A model generated the notes under the pieces. The model worked only from the letters and a program-made list of their open reading frames with translations. It did no database searches and was not told the origin of the DNA. From the NCBI GenBank assembly GCA_037379345.1, contig CM074511.1, positions 53,264,862 through 53,328,861 of the forward strand: DNA of 64,000 bases, written 5' to 3'. Numbering within the stretch: position 1 is the stretch's first letter; the number at the start of each line of letters is the position of its first letter. Position numbers and translations under genes: made by a program. The DNA is from Perna viridis (taxonomy: Eukaryota). Shown here one piece after another: positions 41,201 to 56,200 of this stretch.

Positions 41201-44200
41201 TCTTGACAAGGTCAAAGGTCACTTGCAAGCCCAAAAGGTACTGGTCAAGAGTGAATTTAAATTTTAACGAATGCATAGCCTTATATGAAATGAATGTCTT
41301 AGTTAAAGAAGAAAGTATTTTTTAGTTATTCCTATAAACATTTTGTTTTTATCTTTGTATTCCTAAGCATTTTTCAGTGAAATACTATTATACTGTAATG
41401 TTATGAAGTTAACTCAATTATGGTGGGATACAGGATTATAGGTAACATTCTGTGATGATATCTTTTTTTATCTACAGGATCTACAATTAGATATTGAGAA
41501 GCACCAACAGCCCATTGCAGCTTTGGTGTACCAGACAGAACAATTACTAGAGAATCATGAAGAGGAGCTAACACCTGAACAAGTCACTGAACTTCAACAC
41601 CTTGCATCAAACCTGAAATCTAACTTTGGCAAATGTCAGAAAACTTCATCTGCCAGGCTAAAACATTTGACAACAGCTTTTGATGAACTGGCCAAACATG
41701 AAACAGAACATGAGAAATTTGTTGAATGGCTTGTTGGTACTGATAACCAGCTCAGAGAACTTGAAATGGAGGCTCGTAACCTTGACAACATCAAACAAGT
41801 CACTGACAAACAGACTGTAAGTTGCTTACTTTTGTATAAATCTTGAATTCCAGACATTGACCAACACTTTATTTTATACCAATAATGGGTAGCAATTTTT
41901 GTAAGTATACAATTGCTTTTTTTCTTTGAGATAAAGTTTCTTCATCCCCAATAGTTTTAACTGACATGCTAAAATCTTAAGATGATAAAGAATAAGCTTA
42001 TGTTAATGATTTATCTTCTTACTTGAAATGATCTTAACCTTTTGCAGACAATGCTGAATGATATTGTATCCCATCAAGCAGACATTCGCTTCTTGACTAT
42101 GACAGTTCAGAAGTATATGGAAGAATCCAAGGTATGGATGACTAAAATTAATTAAAAGGTTAAATAAAGTTAATTGACTTTTATAAGAACAAGGAAAAAA
42201 TCACATAGAAATTAAAGCATTCAGCAAGTTGATCTTTCAACTGTTTTTGTAATTTTGTTGATCTAATGCTGTCTTTAACAATTTGAAGCTTCTGAAAGAT
42301 TTAGTAAAAAGTTATGATTTTTTTTTATAAAATTATCCAGTATTTATCATTAAAATTTTAGCTCCACAAACTTGAAGTTGATGCTTTCAAGGCAAACAGA
42401 AGGAAGACCAATCGTCTAAGCTGGTTAGGTATGGAAGGTATGGATGCTGAAACAGTCGCTGAGCGCTTGAAGGACACCAATACACGCTATGATGAGGTTA
42501 AAACGAGGTGTAGTTCATTTGGTGATAAGCTTTCCTCCATATCAGCTCGTCAGAGGGAGTTCAATGATGGAACATTTAAACTGTTGTCCTGGCTGACTGG
42601 TACCGAGGAAAAATTGTCTGATTTACGACAAGAATCTGGTTCAGTAGATTCTGACAACTTACAAAATCAAATGGAAATGATAAGATCTTTAAGCAGTGAT
42701 GCTATAGCTCACAAATCCCAACTTGAAGAGCTTGAAAAGTCTGCCAAAGAACTGGTTGCTGATCTCCAAGGTCTTTCAATTGAAACTTCAGACATTGAAG
42801 GTTTACAGGAAATTATAACAGATATTAGTGGTAGACAGGAAGAAGTTGTTGCAGAAATTAATGAACGCTCAAATCTGTTACAAACAGCATTGACTAAATC
42901 ACAAAATGTTGAAGATGCTTTGGACAATATGTTGTCATGGTTACGGGATACTGACAATACCATGAATAATCAGAGACATGCCAGTTTGAGTAGGTATAAT
43001 CTTTCAGACCAGTGCCAGAATCTTAACATGGTCAAGGCAGATATTGATAGCCATAAACCTAGTATAGATGCCATCAGGAATGAGGCTAATGAACTTATCA
43101 AAACCTGTGACCTTGACACTGCAAAGTCACTAGAGGCCAAGGTAGGAAATCTGGAAGCTCAGTTCAATGCAATGCAAACAAAATGTACCAAAAAGTCCAA
43201 AGATTTGGAAGAGATTTCTGAAACTCTTGAAGAATTCCATGATACCCTGGAAAAATGTAAACAATGGATAGTGGTAAATACAGCAACATTGGAAGATAGA
43301 GATTGGAACAAGAAACCTGTAGAAACTGTGAAAAATGTTGTTGAACATTTAGCATCTGAAAAAGATGTGAAAGAAAAAATTGTTGAAGAGCTCAAATCTC
43401 TTGGAAAAGCTCTAGTGGAAGATCCAAGGACCACAGAAGTTGGTGCTGTAAAAGAATCCCTTACAGATTTAGACCGCCGCTGGCATGATATGGTTTCCTT
43501 ACTGGCTGAACGTGAACAGGAAACATTAGAAAAAGATAGACAAGGCAGTGAATATGAAACTATGAAGAAGAATGTGGTTGAATGGTTGACATTAAATGAG
43601 ACAAAAGTTGATGGATTTGATCCAGTTGCTGTTGATGTAGATATTGTTGAACAACAAATAGAGGAACTACAGGTATTTTATTTTAACCCCTAATTATTCT
43701 TAAATTGCTCATGATTATTCAGTTGGAAAGACAAGCAAAAAGGAAATCTTTTTTTAGACTGTAAAAAAAAACTGATTAAAATGTACTGAAAAGTCATTCT
43801 TACTTATTCATGTACTTCTTATCTTTTTTTGTGTGTGATGTCAGTAGTATGAGTTTATGGCTTAAGCTATTCTGACACATTTTATTCATCAAGTTATGAA
43901 TTTTATTTTGAATGTCATTTTTCCAGCCAATATTACAAGAATATCAAGAGAATGCAGAGACCATAGATGAAGTAAATGACCTTGGAGCTGCCTATGATAA
44001 CCTTCAAAACCCAGACAAGAGACCAAGTAGTCCATTCAGGAAAATCATGAGTAAGTTATAACTACTGCACTGTCACATGGCATGATACTGATGCTGATCA
44101 TTTTTATATAGAAAGCAGATAAAACCGTCTTTTTTCTGAAGCTCAATTCAGATTCTGAAGACACAGGAGGAAATTATACCATATCATTAAATAAAATTTG

Positions 44201-47200
44201 CTCTGAAGGAAACACACTTTTGTTCTATTGACAAGATTTTAAGAAATTATATCCTTCTTTGTGTAAAGCATACATGAAACCCGTTTTTTCTGTATTTTAG
44301 GAGGAAGAAGACTATCCAGTTTGATGTCACCTCGAGTGAGATCTCCTTCTCCTGCTTTTAACTTCCCAGGTTCTCCTACACCTAATCTACTGAGTCCTGC
44401 CAGTGATTCCAGTGGAATAAGTAGTAAGAAGAGTTCAAGTGATAACTTTAACCTGGAAGGTAATCATTTATCAGTTATGGACTTTTGATGAGGATGATAT
44501 TTATTAAATATGAACCTGTTTAGATTTTGTTGATTAAGGACAAAGTTCTAGTACTTGGTTAAGTCCTTAATTTATGATATTACATAAGCAGAGGGTGGGG
44601 GGGGGGGGGTATTTTTTGCAAACTTTCTTTTTGTATGTACACTTGCATCAGTATTGTGGTTCTTTAGCAGAAAATCATTTTGGAATGAAAGTGTTTAAAT
44701 TCGGATCTATCTTTAGAAGTGTAGCCTCAATACTAGTATATTTTGTAAGAACTAATAAAAAACACTGAAGGTTATATCTTATGTAAAACTTATCTATATT
44801 GCTTTAAAAAGTAAATCTTCTTGTATATTGCACAAAATATGATTGGAAAATAATGACCTTTCAATTCATGTTAATCTTAGTCTATCATTTTTGAAACTCT
44901 CAACCATTCCTCATGAAAATGATTGTTCATTGTAGAACTGTCAGAAATCCAGCAAGAGTTAGTAGACATTAATCATCGATATGACCACCTTGGAGACCGC
45001 CTTGCTGATCGTCACCAAGAGTTACAGAATATGTTATCAAGTACAAAGACCTTCCTTCAAGACATGTCTGACCTTATGACCTGGGTTGACCTTAAAGAAC
45101 TGGATGCCAGTCTCTCCCCTTCACTACCTACTAGTGAAAGGGAGGCTAAGAAACAACTGAAACTGCAGGAGGTAAATGCATCAGTACTTGCATTGGAGGA
45201 TGTATTTACTCAAGAAATATTATTTTAAAGTCATCTCATATAAATTCAAACATTTTCCTTTTTTAAAAAGTATATTTAACTTGGCTATAGAACTCATTTG
45301 TTAAATTTTATTTTAAGATTTGAATTCTTTTTGACTTTGTGCAATATTTACATTATTTTTACAGACATTCCATAAAGAGTTGTTGGAGAAAGAGGCCCTG
45401 ATAGAAGAAATCAGAAATAAGTCACAGGAACTAATGAAGTCCAAAAAGGGTGTCCCAGGAATGGACAGGGTACACCAACAATTTATTGATCTAGGTAAAT
45501 GTTAAATAGGTATAGTTATTGCATCAGTTTACTTTACTCAAAATGAGTTCCATAAATAACTGAAAAGAAAATGAATAAACCTAACAAGTTCAATAACTGT
45601 ATTCACAAGTGAGCATGGACTTAATACAACACAATTATCAACTTAAGCACATAGTATCTCCCTTGTAGATGATAAATGGCTTGATGTCAAGGTCGCCTCA
45701 GATCAGAGAAAGAAAGCTCTTGAATCCATGGTTTCTGACATCAGAGAATTCAAAGATGCTGGTGTTCACCTTCAGAAATGGATTGCTCAGAAAGAGAAAA
45801 TGGTTGCTGTGTTGGGACCTGTAGCAACAGAACCATCACAAATCCATAACCAACTGGAACAAATCAAAATCCTTAAGGAAGAGGTTGGAGGTGAAGAGCC
45901 TCTGTATGAAAGGTTTATACAAACTGGACATGCTATTCTTGACAAATGTCAACAGGACTCGACTGATGCTGCTCACATCAGTGAGAAGATGTCTGTGATC
46001 AGTAAAGGTTGGAACCAGTTGAACTCTCGTCTTGGTGACAGAGATAAGACACTTGTAGCTGTGGAGGGAATGAGTGCAGAGTTTAATGAGACACTTCAGT
46101 CACTACATGATTGGTTAGAAGGATTCACACAGAGAGTTGATGCTGTTAACATCCAGCCAACCAATCCTGAGGAACATGCAATGGAGATTCAGAAACTTCA
46201 GGTTGGTAGATTAAATCTGTTGTGTATGCTTATTCTTTCTCTATTTTCTCTATCATGTAAAAAAAATTCCCAGAAAATATCAAAATTGTTTTATGTTGAA
46301 TGAGGACATGCTCTTTATGAATGTTTTTTAAACCATATTTTCATAAAAAAATTAATGCATCAGAAGTTAGTTAGATGTGAATAAGTTTTCCCTAATGTAA
46401 GCAGACCTATTCATATTGAAAAGTTCAAGCTTTTTTATAAAGTAATGACTATAATGTTTTCAATATGTTTAACAGTCTTTGGAATCAGAACTGGTTCACC
46501 AGCAGCCTCTTTTGAGCAAGCTGAAGGAACTTGGCAAAAAAGTTGGTGACAATACTAAGGATCACAGTACTAAAGCTGAACTGAAGAATAAAATCTCAGC
46601 ACTAGAGAAGCCAATCACTGATATGGAATCTATTCTAGGTTGGTAGTCTGAGGAGTATTTTTCAATTTATTTTTTTTTGTGATAATCAAAATTACTGTCA
46701 TTGCAACAAGAATTGAAAATGAGATTGCATTGGTACTGGTAAATGTTTTGCCATTTGAAATTAATAACTAAGTACTTTGTGACATTTTTATTGTATAATA
46801 AAGTTCTAATGACCATATGAATTTACCAAAATAGTATTCAACAAACTTATTTTACTTTAGCTGGAAAGAAAAGCAGTATTGAGCAGTCAAGCCAGGAGGG
46901 TCAACAGTTCCAAGAGGGCTGCCAGGATATACTGGACTGGGTGTCTGACCTTAGAGGGAAGATCAATGAACAACCTCCTGTCTCTGGTAACCTTGACCTA
47001 CTGAGAGAACAGGCACAACAACAGAAGGTATCATTAGATGGTCATTACATTCACTAGTTTAGTTACATTTTGTATTTTCAACAAATATTTTTTACATGAG
47101 CATCTGAATAACATGGTTATTTATATTATAATCAAAAGCTTTGTTATGTGGTTCTAATATTTGTTATAAATTTAATTACATTTATGACCCCTTGATGCAA

Positions 47201-50200
47201 GTACATAGTTACGTTATAATAATTTCCTATTATGTATATTTTAGTTGATTGCACAAGAAATCCAGGACAGAGGTGCAGAAGTTAGAGACATCTTGAGAAA
47301 AGGAAACAAATCGCTTGACTCACTACCTCCATCTAGACATGCGAAGGAGCTGGCAGATAAATTGGAGGACATTAAGTTGGAATGGGAGGATGTTAACAGA
47401 CAGGCCAATCAAAGATCACAACAGATAGATGCCAGTCAGAAACATGCTCAGAATTTCCAGGATCAACTTGACAAGATACTGATGTGGCTCGGCATAGACA
47501 ATGACAAACTGGCCAAAATACATCCTAAGAGTCTTGACAAAGATGTTGTAGCCAAGAAGCTGAAAGATGCTCAGGTATAGTTGAAGAACTATGTGCGCTG
47601 TTTTTCTTAACAGATAATTTTTTATAGAAAAATACCCCAAATGCTATGAATAGGCAAGAAAGAATGGAATTTTGTCAGCTGACATTAAAATGTTTTCATA
47701 TTAATCATTGAAGTCAACATCATTGAACTATCTCTTTGTATTTCAGGCCTTGCAAGCAGACATTTTAAAACATTCCCATGATCATGACAACTTGAATAGA
47801 GAAGGCCAGTCATTGGTTGGTTTGGTAGATACAGACCAGAACCATGTATCAGATATTCTTGACGATGCCAACAGGCGATGGGAAAACCTCAGTCAGGGTA
47901 AGTTATATAGAAAAACTTAAAATACAAGTAATTATGTCTTATAGAAAGGATACATGTATTATCATATAAGATTGACCTATTTTTACAACCTTTTAAGAAC
48001 CAGTCTTTTTGACATAGTCTGGACATTAAACACCAACAAGTATTCTTTCACATACTTTTTTGGGCATTTTTTAAAGAATTGCATTGTTTTCTGAAATACT
48101 GGCTCTGAATAAACTTTCAAAGTTTATTTATGTCAGATTATAAGTGTTTATTGATTTGTTAGACACATATAATGTCATGATTTCTGACTATTTTTGAATT
48201 GTTAATCTTCATTTCAGCTGTTGCTGATAGAGTTGAAGAATTAGAGGATTTATCCCAAAGACTGGAGGAGTACCATGACAACATGAAGGAATCTGAAATA
48301 ACTTTAGATAGATACAGAGATAAACTGGACACTCACATGAAACAAGGAAATGGTGCCAGAGATCCTAAATACATTGATAAGATCAAGGTATGGTCATGCA
48401 TAAAATTAATTTGCAGCTTTAAACTGCTTAACTTTAGTTGAGGATATGTATATAGGATGATAAATAATTTACAGGTTGTCACTTAAGGGCTATTCCATTA
48501 AAAGATATGAGGTACCCAGGGAAGACACTTTTTTACCTGGAGTGCCACCCATAGAAGTTCTATTGATGTCTTTTAATTAAACTTTACCTGATCAACTAAC
48601 TATATACAAAGAATATAGGTGCCTTCTCCCGTTTCTCATAAGTTTCATCGAAACAGCCGTAACATGGTTTTATTGTTAAGTTTTGTAAAACTATCAAGTT
48701 TCAATTTTTATATGAACAAAAATGAATTTTAAGAGTTAATGACCATATTTATCTTTATCTAGTTTTGTTGTGTATTACATAAGTCTTCTCATTATAGGCC
48801 TGGCAGGAAGATGTAGATGCTTTGACATCACAGATTGACTATGCTGAGGCCTTGCTGGATGGACTGCAGGTTCAAGGTGATGCTGCTCAACCATTGGTCA
48901 GTAACCTGGAAAAGTCCAAACAGAGACATGAACAGCTGAAACAGGACATGGCCGAGATGGTGGAAGAAATGGAAAGTGGTGCCATGGTGCTTACACAATA
49001 CCAGGTTGACATTTATTTACATTGAATAGTCTTGTTTGTGTGGTATGACATCTTCAGTGAGCCTATGACTTCTACAAAAATTGAATATTAATATCCTAAT
49101 ATTTCAATACAAGATGAAGAAAATATGATAAAACTGCTTTAGATCCGAGTTTTTTTTAAGATGGGTATGAATTTAATGTATACCGTTTTCACATCAGGGT
49201 GAAAAGTCTGGTCTAGATTGTAAGAAAGTGGCAGTAAACTACTTTCTTAATAGAATATTAGGTCAAATTATCTTCATGGAGAGAAAAAAACACGATATTT
49301 ACAAAAATGATCAAAAGTCAACATCTTCCATCAATAGCAAATACAACTTTACAAATGGATACAGAAGAGACACTAAGTGAAGTCTTATACATGTAAAACA
49401 TGCAATTATCCTGACACTAGATACAATGTACTTGTGTTTACAGGAACTTGTACAGAATGTTGGTTCTGAATTGGCTTCCTTAGATTCAGAATTCACCTCC
49501 TTGGATCCTATTGGTAGAGATGAATCCATGCTCAGAGGTCAACAGAGGGAAAATGATGTAATTATTTCTCGTATTTTATGATGGAAAAAAAATATTGAAA
49601 ACTCTTTAAGTAATATTTTATATGAAATATTTCAAATCTACTCAGTTTTACTTTAATTTATGAGATATTCTTATGTCTATTCTGATTAATTCTTTTTGTA
49701 ATATGTTTATTGTACTTCTTTTATTCAGTAACAACCTTCTTTAATGTTAAAAATTTGTTTTTAAAGGACATTTTATTAGAAGTAGAGGTATGGTTACTAT
49801 GTTTCTGCTTTTGCACCGAGGTTAAATGCATTACTTTGTTATGGTGTGACTCTAATATAGATTTCAAGATTAATTATTAAAGTCTTTTAAAACTTATTGC
49901 AGATATTTCAATTCATAGCTTGTTGAAACACTAATTTAGTGACTCAGATAAAAATCCTCACAGGATTCTATTTTGTGCTATCAAGAGTTGTTTTCTTCAA
50001 GTCTAACTTAAATCCCTTTCTTATACAATAAATCTGATTTGATTGAAATATCTGTCAATACATTTTTCATTTTAAGCAATGACTTTTGGTTGCTTACACA
50101 ATGGCTGCTATCTGTTTGCCTTATGATTGGTCTTGTTTTCTTTAATTTATCTTTGCTTAAAGATAAGAATTACTTGAATATTCTAGGTCAGTGTGTTTCT

Positions 50201-53200
50201 AGCAAGAATGACAATGTAAAACTGGAAATGTTCAATCGCTTTTCAAATCCCAGTATATGACTATGCTTTATTTCCTTATGCAAAATGTACAGAATGAACC
50301 AGTGAGTTGAGATTGTACTTCATGTAGAATCTTCTATCCATTTCTGCTCACATACTTATGTCTCCTGTCTTCTTGGTTATGAGTTTTAGTTCAATGAAAC
50401 ACTGATGTCTTTTCAACTACTCACTCTGCATCAGATTTAAAACGTCACAAAAATTGAATTTTCATTATTTGAGAAAAATTTGGTCTTTATTACACAGCCA
50501 CACACATGAACACAAATAAATCTTTTGTAACATTTAAAAGATGTCATTAAATTGCAAAAATATCATAATGGTATCTTTATTTGCCATTTAAATATCAAAA
50601 TTCTTTGAGCCATTATCATATTACCTGGCCTATGGTAAAGGGTTGCCCACATACCACTTCCTCGTATGTGGCTTATCCGGTAGGTGGCTAAATATAGAAA
50701 CCCCTTAGACAAATGCTTTAATGGCATGCAAGGAAAACACAAAAGCAAATGTAGTTGCACTTACATGTAGATAATGCTTTTGACACGAGCTACATGCTAT
50801 AAATTTAGGAAGATGAATCACTACATGTTATGAATTCAGGAAGGTGATTTGTTTAGTCTGGTGAGAGGCATTTTCTGCTAATTTAATAATTGTTTTTAAA
50901 CTAACAAGTAGGTATGCATAATCTTTATTTTGAATTAAAGAAAACATATACCATATACACCATATGGCTGTATGTTAACATCTCTGAAAATATAATATTG
51001 TATTAGTAAACCAATTTGTCTTGATACTGTAGGGAGAATATTTATTTATTAGTATAGATTTATTTAAAGGGATTTTCATAGTAATGGGATTTTTTATTCT
51101 TCATGAAATGTTTGTATCTGCATGTTCAAACACTGATTTTTCTCTTATCTAAATTGTAGGAATTTGTATCTAAGGTAAATGACATGGAATCCAGAATTGA
51201 TGATGTGAAGAGGAAGACAGATGGATTGAAGGCCTCTGGCTACCTAACTGATACTGGAGTACTTTCTCCTGTTAGTTATTTCTCTGATTTTTTGTAATAG
51301 TATAAGTACTTAGAATGTTAAAATTGGTTTTTGTCATGGTCAATGTAAATTGTAATTATTGAATTCCTTTTTATAGTATCATCATGCTGTCATCATTGTT
51401 ATTCTTATATCTGGACAATAACTGGAGTATTAGTGTATAATAGATCTTTATGAAATTACACGTATACCACAAGATGCCATACCACAAAAGGCAGATTGAG
51501 ATTAAATTTGGGGGTTATGACTTGAACCTTTGAGGAATTAGGGACCAAAAATAATCATTTTCATGATTTCCTGGCAATTACTTAGTAAATGTGAATGGAT
51601 CTCTTTGAAGTTGTACTGCAAGGTGTCATACCACAAACAGATCACTGGGATTGATTTTGGGGGTTGTGACTCAGACTGTTTAAGAATTAGGGGCTAAAAA
51701 CAAGTGTTTTCATCATGTCTGGACATAACTTGATTGATTGTGAATGGATTTCTTTGGAATTGGACCACTGGGTGTCATACTTCAAAAGGACAGCTGGTAT
51801 TGATATTGGGGTGTTCTGACTCAAATTGTTTAGGGACCAGAAACAAGCATTTCCCTGATGTACAGATAGTAACTTAAATGAAAGAGAATTGATCTCTCTG
51901 AAATTATACTAAAAATGTTATACCCTCAAAGGAAGGCTGAGATTGATTTTGGGGGTGTGCTTATTTAGGAATAAGGGACCAAAAAGGGGCCATTGGGATT
52001 TTGATCAAATTGTTTTCCTGTTTCAAAAATTTGATTGCATTCAAAATACAGAGCTGTATCAAGCTGGAATGGTGTGTCCATACTTGCCCTACCTGTTCAG
52101 GGTTTGACCTCTGGGGTTGTATCAAGCTGCCTCTAGTGAAGCACTTTATTTAAAGTGCAATATAATTGTAAATAGTAAAACTTGACTTTTTCTAAATTTA
52201 AAACAAAACAAAAATATGCAACTTGAATTGAATTTTTTTTTAAGATGAAGCAAATACAGAAACAGTTTGACAACCTTAGAGACAAGGCAGAGAAACGCAA
52301 AGAAGATCTGGATCACACCCTGCGTGAGATGGAGGCTGTGGATGACAATCTCCGAAGAATGAGAACCAGTATTGACAGAGCCTCAGCAGAACTTGACATG
52401 CATGAACCTATTGGACATGATGTTCAGGCTATCAAGAGACAGCAAGAGGAATTAAAGGTACATTATTGATAATTGAACATGACATTAGATTCTTAGCAAG
52501 TACATCATGAATAGCCAGTAAGATTCATTAATTGTTGGATAATAGCTAAATTACATTATTTTGTCTGATGGTTAAAGGTTTTGTTCACAGAATGAGCTAT
52601 TTGTACATGTATTTGCATTGTATAACAATTCTATGTCTTCTTTTTCCTTACAGTTATTCCAGAAGTCAGTACTAGATCCACTGCTTAAGAGGGTGGACTC
52701 AGTGCAGGGTGAAGCCCAGAATTTGGTACAGACCTCAGCACCAGGAGTCAACACTGCTGGTCTTGAATCAGATCTAGAAATCATGGTTGATAAATGGTCC
52801 GAACTCAATGAAAAGGTGAGTCAGGATTTGTAGTTTAAAATGTAGTTAGATTTCTTGTTTTTTTCCTTTCTTTTGCTAACTAAGCCTTAAATTATTTGAC
52901 TATGATATAGCTTATTAAGATTTATACATTATAGAGGAAAACTTGTATTGAATTAGATAACTGGTACTGTATGTATCCCCTGCTTTTGTTTTGTTTATAT
53001 ACATTAGTGTATACTTTTTTAAAGTAAGTCTTACTTCTAGTTATCAATATTAGGCTTGTAGATAGACTAGAAAGTTTTAAAAAAGAAAAGTAGGATTTAA
53101 AAGTCTACAGAAATGAGACAGTATGTAACTGCTAGCTTTTAGATTAAATAACTAACAGCCTGTTGCATGACTTTATAGGTGCTGGATCGTGAACATAGTT

Positions 53201-56200
53201 TGGACAATGCCTTGCTACAAGCTGGTAAATTCAATGATGCATTAGACTCACTATTGAGTTGGTTGAAAGAGACAGAGGAAATGGTACAGAACCAGAAATC
53301 TCCATCAACTGATTATAAGGTTGTCAAAGCTCAGTTACAAGAGCAGAAAGTAAGTTAAAAATGAACAACATGAAGTACACTTTGGATAAGTCCTTGTTTA
53401 AAAAAAGTAAAGAAATTTTTAAAAACTACTGTGAAAGTACTATTGTTCTTGGGGTACCAATTTTTGTGGTTTGCGTGGGTGAGCCAGCCCACGAAATTTG
53501 GTTCCCAACAAAAAGCAGATTCCCATTGATGTGTGTACTGGAAACCTCAAAACCACAAATTCAAGAATCCATATACTTGTGCATTTTTCCTAATCCAGGA
53601 AAATTTGAATCCACAACTTAAAGTTCTTTCACAGTAATTTAACTCTGTTCATCCTTGGTAAGCCATTTTTATTTTAATGTATGAATGTTTATTTTCAAAG
53701 AAAGAAGTATGGAAATAAACAAAAGTTTACAGACTATTTGTTTTCCAAGGGAAATGACAAAATTCTAGTATCAGTAGTAAATAAATTATTATTTATAAAT
53801 GATTGGCATTTTTCTGTGTTTATAGTTCTTAATGAAGATGTTAGATGATAGAGAAAGCAGTGTTAAGTCTGCCAAACAATTAGCAGAGAACCTTCAGAAA
53901 AACCTGGACCCACGAGAACAGAAGGCAATACAGAACCAATCATCCCAGCTACAACAGCGATGGGATGTTTTACGGCAGAATGCTGCTAACCGGCTGGACA
54001 AGTTAGAGGACACTGTAAGCCTTGCCCGTGACTACCAGGAGGTCAGAGATCCTCTCATACAATGGTTAGATGTTGCTGAGAAGAAGTTTGCCTCACTGGA
54101 ACCATCAGCCATGGACACAGAAGGCATTGAGAACATCATCACATCACTAAAGGTATACTGAGAATTTTGTATTCACAATCTTATAAGAATAATCTTTTTT
54201 TTAGATTCCTAAATGATTTTTGGGGCTGAATGATTTGAAATAACATTTTTACTTAAATTTTGCTAAAATATTTCTAATCAATGTACTTATCTTGGTTTTG
54301 AAATTTGACATGAGTCTTAATCAATGAAACCAATTACAATTGTTCTATGTTTTTACAGGATTTAGAAGCAGATATTTCTAACCAGGAGTACAACTTCCAT
54401 AACCTTGATGAAAAATCTGACCAATTACAGAAATACTGCTCAGGTTAGTATATATCTTTCCTGTTTGCTGTTATTCTTACTTGTAAACCCACGAAGTTCT
54501 AATCTTTCCATGTACTGAAATAAAATTGCTTTGAACTTTCTTTTCTTTTTTTTCAATTTCGCAATAGAGCATTGAATTTTGCTATACAGTGTACTTAGTT
54601 TCAGGTTGAATGCCATGTAGAGAAAAATCTATTGTTATTATGTATTATACTTCATTTATTGTTAGGTCCAGACAGTGAAGCCCTGGACAAGAAGACTACC
54701 ACATACCAAAACAGATTCTTAGACTTACAAAATAAAGTATCTGACTCTGCTGAACAGATGGAAGAGGCTCTACCACTAGCTAAAAACTTCAATGAAGCTC
54801 ATGCTAAATTCCTGGACTGGGTACTTAAGGTTGAGCCTCAGCTGAGAGCCAAAGAGGCAACTGGTCCTGAGGCATTTGAACAAGTGCAGGTTAGTAGATT
54901 CTCTTGTTATTTTATATGTGCTGCAAAAACAAACATTTTGTTTTTACTTATGGAATAAAGTCACCTTAAATCGTGGTGCTCATGTATAACATGATTTGAA
55001 CTTTAAAAATATAAATGGTTACTGTAAACATATTATATTTAGTGGTTGCTAATTTTTTTTGGAGTCTGTCATGTGAACATATTCACAGGTATCAAATTTT
55101 GAGGTTTGAAAAATGATTAATGTTATGTAGTCATACAATTTAATATTCATGTTATTATATTTTAGCGGTTTTCTGTCCACCATGAAAATAGCGAAAATAA
55201 GTTCATTTAAAAAAAATTAATATGTTTACAGTACATGGTTTAAAGGAAGGGTGGTAAGGAGTAGTCTTCAATGTTTCATCTACACATTTTATTGTTTATT
55301 TACATTTGTTTATTTCATGTGCTTATTGATATCTGATATATATATATCCCTTACATATTTGTTTTTAAAATGCTTAGTTCCTATGTCTCATTTTAACTCA
55401 GTCACACTAGCTTTTTTTTGAAGCTACCTAATAAAGTAATAAAACACTATGTTTATGTCAGAAATTTGTACAACAACTACAAGAAATTCAGCCTGTGATA
55501 GAGGTTTTAAACAATGAAGGTAGCCAGCTGGCAGAACTGGCACCTGGTGATGCAGGACTGCGGGTCGAGGATACCATCAATAAGGACATGAAACGGTATG
55601 ATGCTGTTAATGATAACATTCAGAGAAGGTCACAGAAACTAAGGTCAACGAAGCAGAGGTCTTCTGAGGTACGTACTAGTATTTTATATGGATCTCTTCA
55701 TTAGAGTGTGTTCTTCTTGCTGTTTGAATGCCTTCCTTAGTAAATGGTATTTTCTTTTAATTGTAAGTAGATATTTATTAGTGTTGAATGACCATACTGT
55801 GCCACTTTTTTTCAGTATTTATTTCTTTGACTTTAAAAAGCTTAAAATTGGTAAAAGCTTTAATTTAGCTATTAATTGAATTGTTTATTTATACTACGTA
55901 AATAATGTAGTATAAATAAACAATTCATTTTATTCTTAATTTTAATTGTAAATAAACAATTCATTTTTGTTGGTCTTTATACACATGTATTTATTCTTAT
56001 GCATTTTTTATATGAACAAGTGTACATCCACTATATATTTCTAAAATGAATACTGTTTGTTCAGATTGTAAGTGATATGAATGACCTGTTGGAATGGTTT
56101 GATGATGAAGGAAAGAAAATAAGTTCTGCAGAACCAGTCAACAGTGACCCAGTCAAACTAGCCAAACAGGTGGCAGAACAAAAGGTTATTTCATTCTCTA

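Noticed and set aside
44593-44609. Poly-G tract as a G-quadruplex regulator
   Set aside because: A single homopolymer of a kind common in such introns, with no further support.
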